Shown: positions 8,371 to 11,321 of the stretch, piece by piece
Layout: the number at the start of each line of letters is the position of its first letter
Position numbering within the stretch: position 1 is the stretch's first letter
Source of the DNA: a virus
Strand: one strand, 5' to 3'
Length of the DNA stretch: 11,321 bases
UHGV virus genome: UHGV-1559644
The notes under the pieces: model-generated
What the model was told of the DNA's origin: nothing
Seen by the model: only the letters and a program-made list of their open reading frames with translations
The model's database searches: none
Made by a program: the position numbers and the translations under genes

Positions 8371-8955
8371 ATGCCTAATCGCATTCCTCTCGATCCTGTA
8401 TTGCCCAAAAATTTTGACTGCACTCCTAACGAGAAACGCTTTAAAGCTCAGCTGGACGCCTAGTGGGACCATCCATATGGGGTTACACAACCTGACGGGA
8501 AAATTGTAGTTTATTGTCTGAATGGTGGGGCGTGGGACCGTCCATCCGTGCTTTGTTTGGCAGATAACTATGATGAAGCCTGTGAACTTGCCGAAAGACA
8601 GCAGGCAAGCTGGGTAAAAACACGGTCTGAACCGACATTCATGTTTTCAAAAGAACCGCCATTTATACTGGCGAGGATGTCGCAGCGACCGGATCATCAA
8701 CAAGAAATTGTTGCTGAATTTTCCTCAAGGGATGAGATGAATCTCTTCTCATTAAAGCAGGAAGAAAGGGATCGCGTCGAAGTGTCTCCAACTCTCGACC
8801 ACAACCGGATGAACCTGGCCCAGCTCGCCTGGTACAGCAAAGAATTAGAGATGTCTATTGCCCGGCTTGAAAACGAAAAAGCCGCTATCCAAGTCCAGCA
8901 CGAAGTAGTTCTGAACCGGATTAGAGAAATGCAAAACGATAACAGGGGATTTTGA
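8371..8955 (+). pseudogene. hypothetical protein gene (193 sense codons) interrupted by one in-frame amber codon at 8461-8463; alternatively a 30-aa ORF plus a separate downstream ORF
   Basis: ATG at 8371 with SD AAGGA 8 nt upstream. The frame stays open from the TAG at 8461 to the stop at 8953. The downstream segment has no credible start/RBS (GTG 8548 and ATG 8641 lack an SD). C-terminal part is coiled-coil-like. Confidence 0.45.
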
Positions 8956-9312
8956 ATGGCTAAAATCGAGTACCATCGCGATCGCAGTAATTACCTGGAA
9001 ATATACGATCATGAATCTCTTAACGATATCAACGATGCGTTATATGAATACTGTGAAAAAACGAGCATCACAGATGCACCTGATGCATTTGTCGAGCTGC
9101 CGGTATATCTCCGCGACATCTATGCAATACGAACACCGCCCGTATCGGTGATTCACATTGGCTATGTCCGCCTGTCCATCGAAGAAGATGAAGATCGTTA
9201 TATCGTGCGCCACTATACATTGGACAGAAAAGAACTTCCTAATGAATGGAACATGAGTAATTTCTACAACGGTGAATATGGCTTAAAATCCGCTAATAAT
9301 TTACGGTCATAA
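8956..9312 (+). CDS. hypothetical protein, 118 aa, translationally coupled to the preceding ORF
   Basis: ATG at 8956 immediately follows the TGA of the upstream ORF; SD AGGGGA 8 nt upstream. No homolog recognised; AT-rich. Confidence 0.6.
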   Translation: MAKIEYHRDRSNYLEIYDHESLNDINDALYEYCEKTSITDAPDAFVELPVYLRDIYAIRTPPVSVIHIGYVRLSIEEDEDRYIVRHYTLDRKELPNEWNMSNFYNGEYGLKSANNLRS

Positions 9313-9865
9313 TCTATACAGGCATGTATAACAACAACGAGCCTATTAGCTGTCAACAACGTTATTTCCTCAAATAAGAAAAAGCAGAAAACAAATTGTT
9401 TAAGGTCACAAATTGTGGCCTTGATGGAGGAGGGAGGCTTATTGGCTATGGCTAAAAATCAAATTAGACACTTCATGTTGCTGTAGCTCATCAAGATCCG
9501 AGGCCACAAAACCTTTTCCGAAAAACTTCACAAGTAACTCACTAGCCGCATCATTGTCACCTATTACACGAAAGTCATACGGCAACGTCGCAAGTTGACG
9601 ATGTAATCCTGCTGAGAAAGTCGAATCTAACAGCGCCCAGAATTCCCACCGCAGGATAATACTCGCCTCTTAATACTGTATATATGTTGTTACGATATGT
9701 TTTTCTGTCTCTAAAAAAAGATGTTAATAGAATGCTAACCATTGAAGGGGATAAAAATATACAATTCCAACAAACGTTATTTTTAACAATTTTTTTCTTT
9801 GCGTTGACTTTCCCGGACACCTTGTCTGACCGAAGGTGCGCGAAAGCCACTTTTTCCTTCCTGAG

Positions 9866-9874
9866 TTATCCACA
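9866..9874 (+). promoter_or_regulatory. DnaA box TTATCCACA in the nrdA promoter region (second weaker box TTATGCAC at 9879-9886)
   Basis: Exact 9-mer DnaA-box consensus about 160 bp upstream of the nrdA ATG. Confidence 0.7.
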
Positions 9875-9903
9875 AAGTTATGCACTTGCAAGAGGGTCAT
9901 TTT

Positions 9904-9950
9904 CACACTATCTTGCAGTGAATCCCAAACATACCCCCTATATATAGTGT
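9904..9950 (+). promoter_or_regulatory. tandem NrdR boxes (CACACTATCTTGCAGTG and CCCTATATATAGTGT) of the nrdAB promoter
   Basis: Two imperfect 16-bp palindromes of the acaCwAtATaTwGtgt type spaced about 31 bp centre to centre, 80-120 bp upstream of nrdA. Confidence 0.7.
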
Positions 9951-10027
9951 TCTAAGCAGCTTCCCGTACTACAGGTAGTCTGCATGAAACTATTGCGGAA
10001 AGAATTCCAAAAACAGGTACGACATAC

Positions 10028-11270
10028 ATGAATCAGAATCTGCTGGTGACAAAGCGCGACGGTAGCACAGAGCGCATCAATCTCGACAAAATCCATCGCG
10101 TTCTGGATTGGGCGGCAGAAGGACTGCATAACGTTTCGATTTCCCAGGTCGAGCTGCGCTCCCACATTCAGTTTTATGACGGTATCAAGACCTCTGACAT
10201 CCACGAAACCATTATCAAGGCTGCCGCAGACCTGATCTCCCGTGATGCGCCGGATTATCAGTATCTCGCCGCGCGCCTGGCGATCTTCCACCTGCGTAAA
10301 AAAGCCTACGGCCAGTTTGAGCCGCCTGCGCTGTACGACCACGTGGTGAAAATGGTCGAGATGGGCAAATACGATAATCATCTGCTGGAAGACTACACGG
10401 AAGAAGAGTTCAAGCAGATGGACACCTTTATCGATCACGACCGTGATATGACCTTCTCTTATGCTGCCGTTAAGCAGCTGGAAGGCAAATATCTGGTACA
10501 GAACCGCGTGACCGGCGAAATCTATGAGAGCGCCCAGTTCCTTTATATTCTAGTTGCCGCGTGCTTGTTCTCGAACTACCCGCGTGAAACGCGCCTGCAA
10601 TATGTGAAGCGTTTTTACGACGCGGTTTCCACATTTAAAATTTCGCTGCCGACGCCAATCATGTCCGGCGTGCGTACCCCGACTCGTCAGTTCAGCTCCT
10701 GCGTACTGATCGAGTGCGGTGACAGCCTGGATTCCATCAACGCCACCTCCAGCGCGATTGTTAAATACGTTTCCCAGCGTGCCGGGATCGGCATCAACGC
10801 CGGGCGTATTCGTGCGCTGGGTAGCCCGATTCGCGGTGGTGAAGCGTTCCATACCGGCTGCATTCCGTTCTACAAACATTTCCAGACAGCGGTGAAATCC
10901 TGCTCTCAGGGCGGTGTGCGCGGCGGTGCGGCAACGCTGTTCTACCCGATGTGGCATCTGGAAGTGGAAAGCCTGCTGGTGTTGAAAAACAACCGTGGTG
11001 TGGAAGGCAACCGCGTGCGTCATATGGACTACGGGGTACAAATCAACAAACTGATGTATACCCGTCTGCTGAAAGGTGAAGATATCACCCTGTTCAGCCC
11101 GTCCGACGTACCGGGGCTGTACGACGCGTTCTTCGCCGATCAGGAAGAGTTTGAACGTCTGTATACCAAATATGAGAAAGACGACAGCATCCGCAAGCAG
11201 CGTGTGAAAGCCGTTGAGCTGTTCTCGCTGATGATGCAGGAACGTGCGTCTACCGGTCGTATCTATATTC
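10028..11270 (+). CDS. nrdA: ribonucleoside-diphosphate reductase 1 alpha subunit (class Ia RNR), N-terminal about 414 codons; 3' end truncated by the adapter
   Basis: Translation from the ATG at 10028 (MNQNLLVTKRDGSTERINLDKIHRVLDWAAEGLHNVSISQVELRSHIQFYDGIKTSDIHETIIKAAADLISRDAPDYQYLAARLAIFHLRKKAYGQFEPPALYDHVVKMVEMGKYDNHLLEDY...) matches E. coli-type NrdA including the ATP-cone. Absent from the ORF track because it has no stop in the window; the minus-strand track ORFs 9938..10438 and 10550..11311 are its shadows. Confidence 0.96.
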
Positions 11271-11321
11271 CTGTCTCTTATACACATCTCCGAGCCCACG
11301 AGACCGATCAATCTCGTATGC
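11271..11321 (+). other. Illumina Nextera P7-side adapter (CTGTCTCTTATACACATCTCCGAGCCCACGAGAC, then index bases and ATCTCGTATGC)
   Basis: Exact match to the Nextera read-2 transposase adapter, followed by index-like bases and the start of the P7 tail. Technical, non-biological. Confidence 0.95.

Noticed and set aside
8463-8545. Direct repeat GTGGGACC(A/G)TCCAT at 8463-8476 and 8532-8545, considered as a possible repeat element or binding-site pair
   Set aside because: The copies are exactly 23 codons apart in the open frame and encode the repeated peptide WDHP / WDRP, so they are most simply an internal protein repeat, not a separate DNA element.
9640-9700. CTGT-containing AT-rich motif (CTGTATATATGTTGTT) considered as a second LexA box
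   Set aside because: Lacks the ACAG half-site at the correct 8-bp spacing.
9575-9947. ORFs 9575..9850(-), 9684..9947(+) and 9724..9906(-) in the AT-rich region upstream of nrdA
   Set aside because: They overlap the nrdA promoter elements (DnaA and NrdR boxes), have low-complexity AT-driven translations and no RBS; most likely non-coding.
9938-11311. Minus-strand ORFs 9938..10438 and 10550..11311
   Set aside because: Antisense to nrdA, whose + strand reading frame gives a recognisable RNR alpha sequence; the second also runs into adapter sequence.
1-11321. Search for CRISPR arrays, tRNA/rRNA genes, IS elements or integrase/att sites
   Set aside because: No regularly spaced direct repeats, no cloverleaf-compatible tRNA-like segment, no transposase ORF or terminal inverted repeats, and no integrase were seen by eye; nothing reported.

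Overview
This 11.3-kb contig has Illumina Nextera adapter sequence at both ends (1-49 and 11271-11321), so it is an untrimmed assembly product. Between the adapters, about 8 kb is a bacteriophage P1-type (phage-plasmid) segment in the canonical P1 order, read here in reverse: cre (partial), loxP, the C1-operator/promoter region, coi, c1, pacB, pacA with the pac site, lpa, a Cys/His-rich gene, a small gene, doc, phd and humD. At 8216-8235 a canonical LexA box sits between humD and a divergent two-gene operon of unknown function (8371-9312), whose first gene is interrupted by an in-frame TAG. The right end (about 9850-11270) is the enterobacterial nrdA promoter region (DnaA box, two NrdR boxes) and the 5' 1.24 kb of nrdA. 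A P1 segment abutting chromosomal nrdA is unexpected and may be an assembly or library chimera. No tRNA, rRNA, CRISPR array or IS element was seen. The best candidate for something undescribed is the LexA-adjacent operon at 8371-9312; the other findings are smaller curiosities inside otherwise well-known P1 functions. All identifications are from reading the sequence and recall of the P1 and E. coli proteins; no database search was run.
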